A stretch of 64,000 nucleotides of DNA from Takakia lepidozioides (taxonomy: Eukaryota > Plantae > Bryophyta). The stretch is from the NCBI GenBank assembly GCA_030704615.1, contig CM060731.1, positions 22,754,001-22,818,000 on the forward strand, given 5' to 3'. The notes under the pieces were generated by a model. That model saw only the letters and a list, made by a program, of their open reading frames with translations, was not told where the DNA came from and searched no databases. Of this stretch, positions 1 through 10,046 are shown one piece after another (position 1 is the first letter of the stretch; each line of letters starts with the position of its first letter). Both the position numbers and the translations under genes were made by a program.

Positions 1-694
1 TCCAATCCACCTTCACCATGTGAAGAGCCCTGCTCCTCAATTGTAGTGGTTGCTGCCTCAAACACTCCCATCTCCTTACGTTCTCGCGCATCAAGTATGT
101 AAGAATCAAGAATAATTTGCGCAATCACTAGGCCAGACACAACGATTGGAGACTTAGTAGCAGTGCCTTGTAACCGCTTCATCTCTTCCACCAAACCATT
201 GTACATTAAGTCCGCCCAAGCCACATCTTCCTCCCTCAAAGCTTTTAGTATCTCCTCCTTGAATGATCTGCTAAGGTATTGTTGGTTCTGTTTCATGGCA
301 AACAGAACGTTTAGAACCTGACCAACTTCTTTTAACCCTGGGTACTCGGCCTTGGTGCAAGTGTATCCCTGAGTCTTAAAGAAACTCCCTTCTTGGAACA
401 AATTGCCTATCTGCAATCTTGCCCTGTGCTCATCCACATTTAAACAATTGCTGCAAGTATTGGGGAGTAATCTTTATATCTACTCTCCTCACTTGTGTAA
501 TTCCCGTCTGAGGTTCAAAGTTCTTAATGAATTGTATCATGAACGCCCTATGATGCAAGGACCATTCCTTGCGTAGCAGTCCTTCCAATCGCAACTCCTT
601 CAACAGCTGCACTGCCTGAGGTGTAGCATTTGTCTACTTCTGCAGAATCGTGGTGCTCTTCACCCTGATATCCTCCATTCCCCGAATTCTCTTC
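1..694 (-). pseudogene. Extra 3' ORF of the Gypsy element (Athila/Tat-like accessory ORF), interrupted by stops, runs off the window start
   Basis: One frame reads MKRIRGMED...*...QLLKELRLEGLL...FMIQFIKNF...DIKITPQYLQQLFKCG*AQGK...DVAWADLMYNGLVEEMKRL..., on the same strand as and downstream of the integrase. Confidence 0.55.
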
Positions 695-1057
695 ATTCCA
701 GACAAACAAGATGGCCTTGTTTGAAATAGCTAAGAAAGCTTGCAAGGCGTAGAGCATAAAAGTATGGTTGGCACAGAAAGGAACGGGTAAGTGCATATAA
801 GCCTGTGGAGCTTGCAAGTATCGAGTGAGAGAGAATGTACTCTCAACCCGTCCGTCCTTGCGCCACTGTATAAGAAGTGAAGCGAGCGTATAATCTGTAA
901 TATCCGCCATAGCTACAAAGTTATAGCTTTGATTGCCCCTCCTGTCGAGACACTGGTTATTTGGAGCCACCCCGACTCTTCCGCTTATAACTCTTCTAAA
1001 AAGTGGCCGTTAACCCACATCCACCTGTCACTGACCCTATGGATTGTGCAACCCGCG

Positions 1058-1200
1058 TAGGCTGTGACAGGCTGTGTCAGACTGTGACGAGCTAAGATAG
1101 GTTGTGTGATGTTGTGATGGGTTGTGATAGACTGTGTGACACTATGGTGGGCTGTGATAGACTGTGTCACATTGTGGTGGGCTGTGATAGCTATGTGAAT
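1058..1200. repeat. Degenerate 30-bp tandem repeat (10-bp sub-periodicity) in the Gypsy 3' spacer
   Basis: Units such as gctgtgatag-actgtgtcac-attgtggtgg repeated about 4-5 times. Confidence 0.8.
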
Positions 1201-1340
1201 ACTTGTACTTTCCGCCCTGGCCATACACACTCAGCTTTATGACATGTGCTCCATACTTTGTTGGTGTTACTGATGTAGTTTGTGTCTGCATCTGTGTTTC
1301 AAGATGCAAATCATGTTGTAATGGTTTATCATGTATATCA

Positions 1341-3335
1341 CTATATACCCTTCAACTTATTGGCATTGACTCTTCCAAGCATCTCATTGTTAATGGTTTG
1401 TAACATGACTGTGTTGTTATCATACATCTTCTGTATGACATAAGATCTTTTCCAAGGTGACTTAAGCTTAGAAGCTTTAATCTTACCCTTCTTCAACAGC
1501 AACAGTACCAAATCACCCGTCTTAAAAGTCTTTAATTTACCTTCATCAAACTGATCCTTCCTCTTCATCTGAATTCTGGTCATGTTATCTGCTGCATCAG
1601 CACGTACTTCCTCCACATGATATAATTCAAGTTTCTTGACTTTAATTGAATCTTCCAATTCCATTCTCCTTCCCCATTCAGTACTCATGGTAAGTAACAA
1701 GAATTCCACTGGAAGTAAAACTTCCATACCATAAACTAATTGGAATGATGTATACTTAGTGGTGACTTTATATGAAGTCCTGTATGACCACAAAGTTGTC
1801 AGCAGCTTTGTATCCCAATCTGTTCTGTTTGCATTGACTATCTTAGCCAAAATAGTACATAGTATTTTGTTGGTGGCCTCTGCCTGCCCATTACCCTGTG
1901 GGTAATAGGTTGTACTCTTCCTATGCACAATCATGAACTCTTTAGTCAATAGTTCTATGGTCTCATTAATGAAGCGACTTACCTGATCACTGATAAATTC
2001 CAGGGGACAGCCAAATCTTGTAAGTATGTTCTCATACATGAACCTTGCTGTGGACTTAGCTGTGTTGTCCCTCAGAGCTTTAGCTTCCACCCATTTTGTA
2101 ATATAATCAGTGGTTGTGATTATATACTTGTTCTGTGTATTTCTGGCTGGTGGGTTAATTTGTCCAACAAAGTCTAGTCTCCATTTCTGAAATGGTTCAG
2201 TAGGCATCGTAGGATGCAAAGCCATCTTCCCAGATCTCTACAACGGTCCTAGCCTCTGACACTCATCACAACTCTTGCAATATTTGTGTACATCCTTGAA
2301 CAAAGTAGACCACCAATAACCTGCAAGTAGTATATTTCTACTGGTAGTCTCTTCTCCAAAATGACCTCCAGCCACTCCTTCATGAACTTCCTCCAAAACT
2401 TTATTTACTTCATGGTGGTACAAGCATCGTTTAAGAACTCCATTAGGTCCCAGCTTATACATTCTGCCCCCTATCATATTGTAAGGTAAGGCCTTGATAG
2501 CTATTCTCTTCCTCTGCTCCTTCCCATAACTAGGTGGGCACTGACCATGAGTAAGGTAGTATCTGATTGGCCATTGCCAATCTAACTAATCATCTGCACT
2601 TCCCTGCACTTCCACTGCAAATAAACTCGCATCAGGTAGTTGGTCGTCTACTCCCGTGGCGGGCTCTCCTGTTGATAGGCGTGACAAGTGATCTGCCACA
2701 AGATGCAAACGGCCAAGCTTGTAAACAACTTTGAACTCAAACTCGTGGAAGATTATTAACCATCTTGCTATCCTGCCACTTATCAAAGGCTTGTTTACCA
2801 AATAAATCAGAGCCTGATGATCCACATAAAATATAAACTTTCTTCCCAATAAGTAATGCCTGAATTTCTTGACTGCATAAATCATTGCCATCTTGTGCAC
2901 ACGTGCACACCAGTCTGCACCTTCCGACTCCGTTTCTCCAGGTCAAGAGCCTACAACCTGCTCCCACTCTGGGTGTGCAGCGAACAGGGTAGCTTCCTGC
3001 TCCTCATCAAGTCCTTTCCTCCAGTCATACTCTCTGACTCCTCGAGGTCTTCTCGTAGCAGGTAGTCTACTAGATTACTTAGTGGTGATTTGTATCTTGC
3101 GCTTTCCATCATGCACAGTTAGTAACTGGGAATTCCAGTCATGGAATACCCTAGCCTGTTTCAGCCATGGTCGACCCAACAATAAGGAGTAAACTTCCAT
3201 GACATCATCCATTCTCAATACAGTCACTGTGATCTTAAAGATCATCTTTTGAATCTGTATCTTAACTCCTCTTATCAAAATTGATGCGGAGAAAACTGGA
3301 CATAGTTTTCTGGATACTATTGTGAAAGCACTCAC
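1341..3335 (-). mobile_element. Degenerate Ty3/Gypsy LTR-retrotransposon pol remnant (aspartic protease, RNase H C-terminus, integrase); RT core missing
   Basis: Protease-type YSLLLGRPWL (3075-3335); RNase H MIYAVKKFRHYLLGRKFIFYVDHQAL (2586-2900); integrase Zn-binding H..HGGH..C..C (2238-2477); integrase core with DYITKWVEA, FISDQ and YYPQGNGQAE (1341-2225). The PR-(RT)-RH-INT order is Gypsy. Stops and frameshifts are present. Confidence 0.93.
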
Positions 3336-4229
3336 TACTTGCTCTTGTTAGCTAAACTGTGGCCTATCTTTAAAAATGCACAGTCTAACATAGCAGTGAT
3401 TGCTTATGAACTGGATTTTTGATGGAGTTACAAACTCCTCTGCCACTGGATTGTTACATCTATCACAAAAAGAGTAGGCTGAATCTTATTCTACCCTCAG
3501 TGGTTCCTCAAAGACCCCACCACCCAACCTGTTCTCCACATAGGAGAATTCTTTGCAATCATTGAAAGATACTTTGCATGGGTAAAGTAAGGGTATGACT
3601 GAGCTACTTCATGGCAGAATTTTCACAGCAGCCTTTTCAATTCACAAAAAGCTTTTTGCTGTGTTCTTTGTCGACAATAGATCTGTTTTGATGGGCTCTT
3701 TGTCAACATAGTTCTGTTGTGCCAATACAGACCCGTGCTGTTGTGCTCTCTGGCAACACAAAATTGTTTTGACTTAGATGCTTTGGAAAGGATTGACCAA
3801 CAAAGTATTTACTTATTTGTTTGTCAAATGATTCAGACTCTGAACCTGCTGTATATTCACTCTTGTATCCTTGTCATACTAAACTGATATGATCACTTTA
3901 CATGGAATGAGGTTTCATGCTTTTTATTTGGAATCACCAAGGATACAAGGCCTGGAGCTTCTTTACAGCATGAATGGGCTAAGTTAGTATTGTCAAATTC
4001 ATTTCTCGTTTACTGGCTTTGGTGAGGTTACACCTCAGGATACTTGTTTATCAACAGTTTCAGACTCTGCGCATACTGAAAGATTACTCTCACATTCCAA
4101 ACTCATTCCGAGTTCATGAACTAAGAAATCTTGTGATGGTGCCTTGCTTAGCAAGGCTGTATTGTCAGTATCATGTCTTGACAAGACAAGCCTTACCTCT
4201 CTGTCTCTCTCCCTCTCCAATGAAGTCAG

Positions 4230-4560
4230 GCATAAAACTTCCATGAACTTGTTGCTAGTCTATGACATGTGCGAGGACCTTTATAAGGATGATCTCAAGG
4301 GCCTACCTACCCTTGGCACTAGACTGAAATTTAAACTCGGGGTGTGGAATCTCACTTTGATCAATAAACAGATGCAAAGAGGAAAGGGACATGGTCAATG
4401 CTCAATGTGCAGGAGGCCTGAAGACAGTTTCCATTTGCTGATACACAGTCCCGGATATTTTCATTAGAGAGTGATCCTCTTGAGGACCATCAGGACCTTA
4501 GTCCCTACATCTCTGTTCACCAACTAGGACAGTTTGTGAACTTGTTCTACAGTTTCAACC
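4230..4560 (+). mobile_element. 3' fragment of a LINE (C-terminal CCHC-like region), same family as 36388-37085
   Basis: Encodes ...RLKFKLG...CSMCRRPEDSFHLLIHSP and is homologous at DNA level (agactgaaattt..aataaacagat..ggcctgaaga) to the reverse complement of about 36560-36720. Confidence 0.65.
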
Positions 4561-4674
4561 TTCGCAAGGTCCAATTATCTTCAAAAGCTACTGTTGAGAA
4601 TTCGTCTCCGAAAAGATTTCGTGCGCCTTTGCTGTTACTGTTGGAGCATTCAATTAGGTGACAAGCATTTCATT

Positions 4675-4930
4675 TCACCACTACTCCCCACAAGAACAAA
4701 CACCATTTTGGAAGTGGTGAAAGCGGTTGGCATCCCGCACAACAATCTCTCGCTTAGCTATCTTTGAGATGAATTTGGTGGAGGAGTGGTAGTCACCACA
4801 CACTCGAAGATTCTTGATGAGACGGAGAGGCGTCCTAGGGGTCGTGCTGATCAGCCCAAAACCAATGGCCAGCTTCTCACTGTGGTGGCAAAAGAAAATT
4901 CCTTTCCTCCTCCCCCACATCATGCAATGT
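4675..4930 (-). pseudogene. Orphan DYW deaminase-domain fragment of a PPR-DYW gene
   Basis: [33 protein letters not shown]...[19 protein letters not shown]. The second Cys of CxxC is changed to Tyr, the terminal DYW reads E-stop-W, and there is a frameshift near 4905. No PPR repeats upstream. Confidence 0.92.
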
Positions 4931-4944
4931 GATGTGTTGTTTCA

Positions 4945-7900
4945 TGGATGAAAATGAAATGAAATGAAATGGTGCTTTATAACGTCCGCGGAAAGCTCAT
5001 AGAGCTTATGGGACAAAATGGAAAGAAAAACATGAGAAAAAACAGGAAACCAAAGTTAGAGATAATAACTATTGTTCGAGTGATTGTCTAAGGGTGAATG
5101 CCTCGTGCAGGTATGCTGCCAAGCATTTCTGATCTTCATAGTGAAAGACTTCAGTGAGAGATTGGGTTCCATGGAATAGACAATGGAATCGCCCACGGAT
5201 CTCATAGTATAGAGGGCAATAGAAGAAAAAATGTTCTTCAGTTTCAATTTCCTAGTTGCCCCTGTGCAAGCTAGACAGAGGCGGTCCTCCCGCTGTAGGT
5301 TTTCCCATCTGCCAGTCTCTATCCGTAGGTTGTGGGAGTCCACCTTGAACCGCCCCAAAGCCCTTAGGAGAGAAGGAGATAAAGAGGCCAAAAGGTAATT
5401 GGGCCCCAAGATTCTATCATCTCGGAGAACCAAGAATGTTTCTCGATAGAAATGGAGCTTTGTCGTGAGGTTGGGTAACTTCCAAGTTCTCCTGACATGT
5501 AGCTCCATGACCTCCTTTTTAATGAGTTGGTTGCGGTCATGCTTGGATGTGATGTCCACCCCTTAAGGGTTCACTGGCAATAGTGAAGCAATAGACAGTC
5601 CATGGCGTTCACAAAAGGTATCCACACGAGCATACCAGGATTGTTTGAAACTTGCATTTTTGAGGTCGGGGGGAAGGGATTGTAACCTATGGAGGAAAAT
5701 TGTAAGCCGGAAGAGGGCCTCAGTTTGAAGTGGCACGTAGACAAATTCTACGTTCAGTATGTGCGATGGAGTTGTGCCTCTGGCGCCAAGCATTGCTTGG
5801 AGGAAAGATGACTGCAATGGTTCCAGATTCTTTTTCCCACCAGGAAACTAGGACTACAAGTGCCCATAATTCACAACCAAAAGTGGCATTTGGGGTGACC
5901 ACGCTATCAAACAGCCACTTCTTGGTCGGTGGATGGCGCACATGTATCTGTTTGCATTTGGCCTGAAGGCGGATGGAGGCTGCCTTGCCTTTTGTCAATC
6001 TGTCCAGGGCAGTTGCTGCAAACTGGAATTTCGGGGAGTAAATAACCAGACCCAGATACCGGGAGGATTTGACTATCTCAACCTCTCAATTGTTGAGGAA
6101 GAATCTGCGGTCAGCCTGCCCATTGAAAACCATGATCTTGGTTTTTGTAAGGTTGAGGTGCAGCCCATAGTCTTTGGAGAACTGTTCCAAGATGTGGAGA
6201 TGGCGTTGTAGGAAGACATGAGATTGTGTCAAAAGGGCAACATCATCCGCGTAGAGGAGATCTGATTGTGTTGGTCCTCAATCCAATGGCACACCAACTC
6301 CATGGTTTTTTGAGATGTAGACTTCCAAGGCGTCAAATGTAGATTCCGAATAGGGTAGGTAAGAGGGGGCAGCCCTGTTTGACTCCAATGTTGCTATGGA
6401 CCTCAGCTGAGAATTCCCCTGCGACCTTGACCATGCCATATTTGACGATCTCATACATGGAGGAAATAGCATACAAAATGTTTTGAGGGACTCCCCACCT
6501 TATGGAGCCGTTGGAAAATAAGGTCGCGAGGAACTGAATCAAAAGCCTTGTGAAAGTCAACGAAGCAAACGTACATGAGTTTTTTTTGTCAAAGCTAGCA
6601 CTTTCCACCATAACCTGAAGAGTGAAAATGTGGTCAAGAGTGGATCTGTTGCGACGGAAACCAGCTTGTCCCTTAGCCCGTATGTGAGAGGATTCAGCGC
6701 AATCATCCAACTCCATGGCCACTACTGCCCCAAACAGCTTAGCCAATAACGATGACACCATAATTGTGCAATAGTTGGTCGGTGCGAACCTGTCACCGCT
6801 CTTGAAGAAGGGGTGGATGATGCTCTTTGTCCACTCTGTTGGAAAGCCATGTTGCACTGCCTCATTGAAGAGGTAAGCTATAAACGGGGCCAAACTGGGT
6901 GTTGCGTGCTTGATAAATTCACCCTGTAGCCCTGAAATATCCAATGCCCTGCCATTTTGCAGCTTCGTGATTGCCTTGCTCATGTTAGTTGTAGTAAAGA
7001 GAGAGAAGTGTAGGGGTTTTAGAGGTTATGGGAGAGGGAGTTTGGTTTGGGGAATGATACAATGACTGGGCATACTCATGCCAGACGTGAATGTCAGTGA
7101 TCACAGATGGGTCTCTATGAGGTTTAAGGAGGGACCAAAAAGAACGAGGAGAAAATCTGACTTTTGCACGGAAAGAAGATTGCAGCTTGAGAGTGTAGGC
7201 TCTCTTTTTGGATCTAATGAAGGACTTATAGTGCTTGAGATCAAGATTTTTAGAATGTGGAGAGGAATGGATATCTAGGAGTAGAGATTTGATGTGACGT
7301 CTAGCCCACTTTGCATTCTTTGTCATAGAAAGGTGCATATCTACGAGTGGAGAGGATGGTCTCGACCAATAGGCTTACGAGAACACTTTGTCCGGTTCTC
7401 GCTGATGTAATCAACGACTGTTGAAGCTCCAGAGATAGATGGAAGGGTGATTGGGTAATTGAAAGTGAAGAACATTTCTTCTTTCAGTGCCCTTTATACT
7501 AAGAGATCCATGGGAGATTCAATTGTTAACTCCGGGATACCCAATCTATCATAGAGGTCTTCCGTTATGAGGATCAGAAATGCTTTGCAGCTTACCCGCT
7601 TGAAGCATTGACAATCTTTGGCAATCCCTTGAGCTTTCATCCAATTCGGGTTCGCATAAACTCTTTGAACTTCCTGCAGACGTTATAAATATCATTTCAT
7701 TTCATTTCTGTCTCTCATTGGGCAACATCTGTGTGGAGATGCAGCAAAGTAACATCCCGCCAGTAGAATGTTTGGTTGGTGATGGTTGCCTTTGATCTGA
7801 CACCAAATGTACCTTGCCAATGGGTCTTTGTATGGGAAGGAGATTTGTGGGAGAAGCCAGTCCGTGAAGTAACAAGTTACTCCACCAAAGCCTTTGAATC

Positions 7901-9150
7901 CTGTGCGTGGACGAGTCACTGACTGAAAGCTATACCCAAGAATCGATGGAGGGTCTTTGCCTTCGTATGCATGTGTCTCCAAGAGAAGGAGAAAGAGAAT
8001 ATCACACTTGGAGACGATGTCGAGAAGCCCTTGAGGATGGCTCCACAAAGAACCATTACAATTCCATGAGCCTATGCTCGGATGCGAGCGTGAGTTAGTC
8101 TCATGGGGCCCCAACCCCTATTTAGAGTTAGAGGGGCGATGCTCTTGTTCTCGAATGATGACTCTGCCATCTCAGAACACTGCGTAGTGTCCCTGTGCCC
8201 GAGCCTATTTGACTTGTGCGAGTTGAGCCCGCATGACATTGTATTGCATGGGGGTCAAGTCGTCATTTAAGTACATGCTATGGCCTCTCAAGTGAGACCT
8301 CTAACATAGAACCCTCTCCCGAGCAGCCTTGTCCCTAAATCTAATGAACAAGACTTTGTGTTCCGAAGTTCCTGCACGCCAAGCCCGTTCAATGCCACTT
8401 GCTCCTCGTGGTAGAGCCAGGTTTTGCTGGATGAGGGTGGCTGTCGCTTCAAGGGGGTCACCCTCTGCAAGGGTCCTTAACTTCCCAGTGACCCGAATGT
8501 TAAGGGCTTTGAAAGCCCGTTGTTGTTCCTCTCGTAGGGTAGCTGAGACTGTCTCTTCCAAAGTGCGAAAACTGCTGTTGGATGGTCCATTGCTTCCTTT
8601 GACTATGCTAGCCCAAGTAGAAGCCTCCGCCTTATGAGCTTGGAGCTCTTGGGCCGCCATAGACGATGTCGCAGCTCTGTGGGATTCCAGCTCCTTAGAA
8701 AGAGTTTCCACCTGTTGGTGGATACTTGCCGTGAGGGTACTTGAAGTGTCCTTCTTTATGAGGGCCCTCACCTCCCCTTCCAATTTAGAGAACGTGTAGT
8801 GGTTGTTTTAGAATTGAGCTGTTTCAGCAGGCCCTCCATTTTGGTGTTGCTCTCCAGATCACAGCCGGTACTAGAGGTGGGATTCATACCGCCAGTATAC
8901 ACGTGCTACACGACAATCTTAAAATCCCTATCTCGTCGATCCACAAATGCTTTAAAGCCATCCACCTCACTGCGCTCCGCTCCCTCACAACCATCATCAC
9001 CAACAAACGACAACTTGAGTCCAACCCCTTTGCGGTATCCCATGGTACTCCCGGGTACCTTAGGTGCCCTAGACACCGCTCCCTATTTACTACCTCCCCC
9101 TGGTTACCTGGTGTTCCTTGGACACATGTTCTCTTTATAGGGCCCACCCC
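4945..9150 (-). mobile_element. Degenerate non-LTR retrotransposon (APE-RT LINE, RTEX-like) with ORF1, ORF2 and an (ATTTC)n tail
   Basis: ORF1 coiled-coil plus LNIRVTG...FIRF...YLNDDLT (about 8150-8783); endonuclease SWNCNG...LLETH (7692-8114); RT GQAGFRRNRSTLDH, GVKQGCPLLPTLF and LYADD (about 6243-6257); C-terminal SHNLRIETGRW...LC..C...E..HF..C. Tail atttcatttcatttcatttt at about 4951-4970. The 5' end may extend to about 9640. Confidence 0.88.
7452..7708 (+). mobile_element. Nested 5'-truncated 3' end of a related LINE, in opposite orientation
   Basis: Translates IESEEHFFFQCPLY*EIHGRF...EDQKCFAAY, homologous to IETEEHFFFYCPLYYEIRGRF...EDQKCLAAY at about 5100-5250 (-). Ends in catttcatttcatttc at about 7693-7708. 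Confidence 0.85.
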
Positions 9151-9896
9151 CGAAAATGGATAGTAGTCGTAAGGCGAAGTGATTCTTAGTCACGTCAGCT
9201 TTGGCCGGAGTCTTTTCTCTCTCTCTCTCTCTTGCTCTCTAGAAGGGAAGCTTGCAAGACGGCGGTACTTCCGTCCCTGTCTTTGGCTACGAGTAGATTC
9301 TGCAGAGCCTCCTCAAAGACGCAATGAGATTGCAGGATGACAACTTGCTTTCGTAGGATCTGAATGTCTGCACTCCTAGTGCAATACTAGCGCAACAGAG
9401 AGTGCTCGGAGCAAGAAGAAGGAGTAGAGGAGAATGAGTTAGAGGCGAGGGAGAGACCTCATCTTCGTCGCCCGTCCGTTGTCGTTTGGACGAGGACATG
9501 GTAGAGAGGGTGCTGGGGCGCTGGCGCGCCCACGCGCGTGAGCGGACACCAACGCACGCGACGAAGAGAGAGAGAGAGAGAACGAGGAGGCGAAGAAAGA
9601 AGAAAGAGAGTGGGGTGGAAAGTTGAAGGTGAGAGTTTCCATGTTCTTCTTTTAGTCAGTCATTAGTGGGCAATTGCACGCAAACCAGGTAGCAATCTGG
9701 TTTGGCTTTCGTAAAAGGCAGAGAGTGCACATCAAACGGTCTAGGCCATCCCCCATCTGCACATACATATCCTTCTACTTTGGCATGTGATCCATACATG
9801 TTAAAATCTAAGTCGACAAGAAAAGCTCGTCTCATATTTAATGTATTTCTGGCTATCCACCTCTGTCCTTCCGTGGTGTCCCTGTGTGTTGAGCAG

Positions 9897-10046
9897 TGGA
9901 GACCATTAGTACTTCCGGGCCACTACATCGACCATGGTGCACCTAAAGACCAGTTGGCTGAAGTAGGATTGACACCCGCCCATATTGCAGCCAGTGTATT
10001 GAACGTGCCGGGGAAAGCAAGAGAAGCTCTTGAAGTGATGTCTTAA
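9897..10046 (+). pseudogene. DXS: Isolated terminal exon of 1-deoxy-D-xylulose-5-phosphate synthase
   Basis: After a cag acceptor: [49 protein letters not shown], matching the plant DXS C-terminus (WRPxVLPDRYIDHG...REALE). No other DXS exons were seen in the window. Confidence 0.8.

Noticed and set aside
548-970. 140-aa ORF as a standalone gene
   Set aside because: It spans non-coding spacer and an off-frame part of the Gypsy extra ORF, with no recognisable domain.
985-1230. His/Thr-rich repeat ORF
   Set aside because: It is the translation of the 30-bp tandem array in the retrotransposon spacer.
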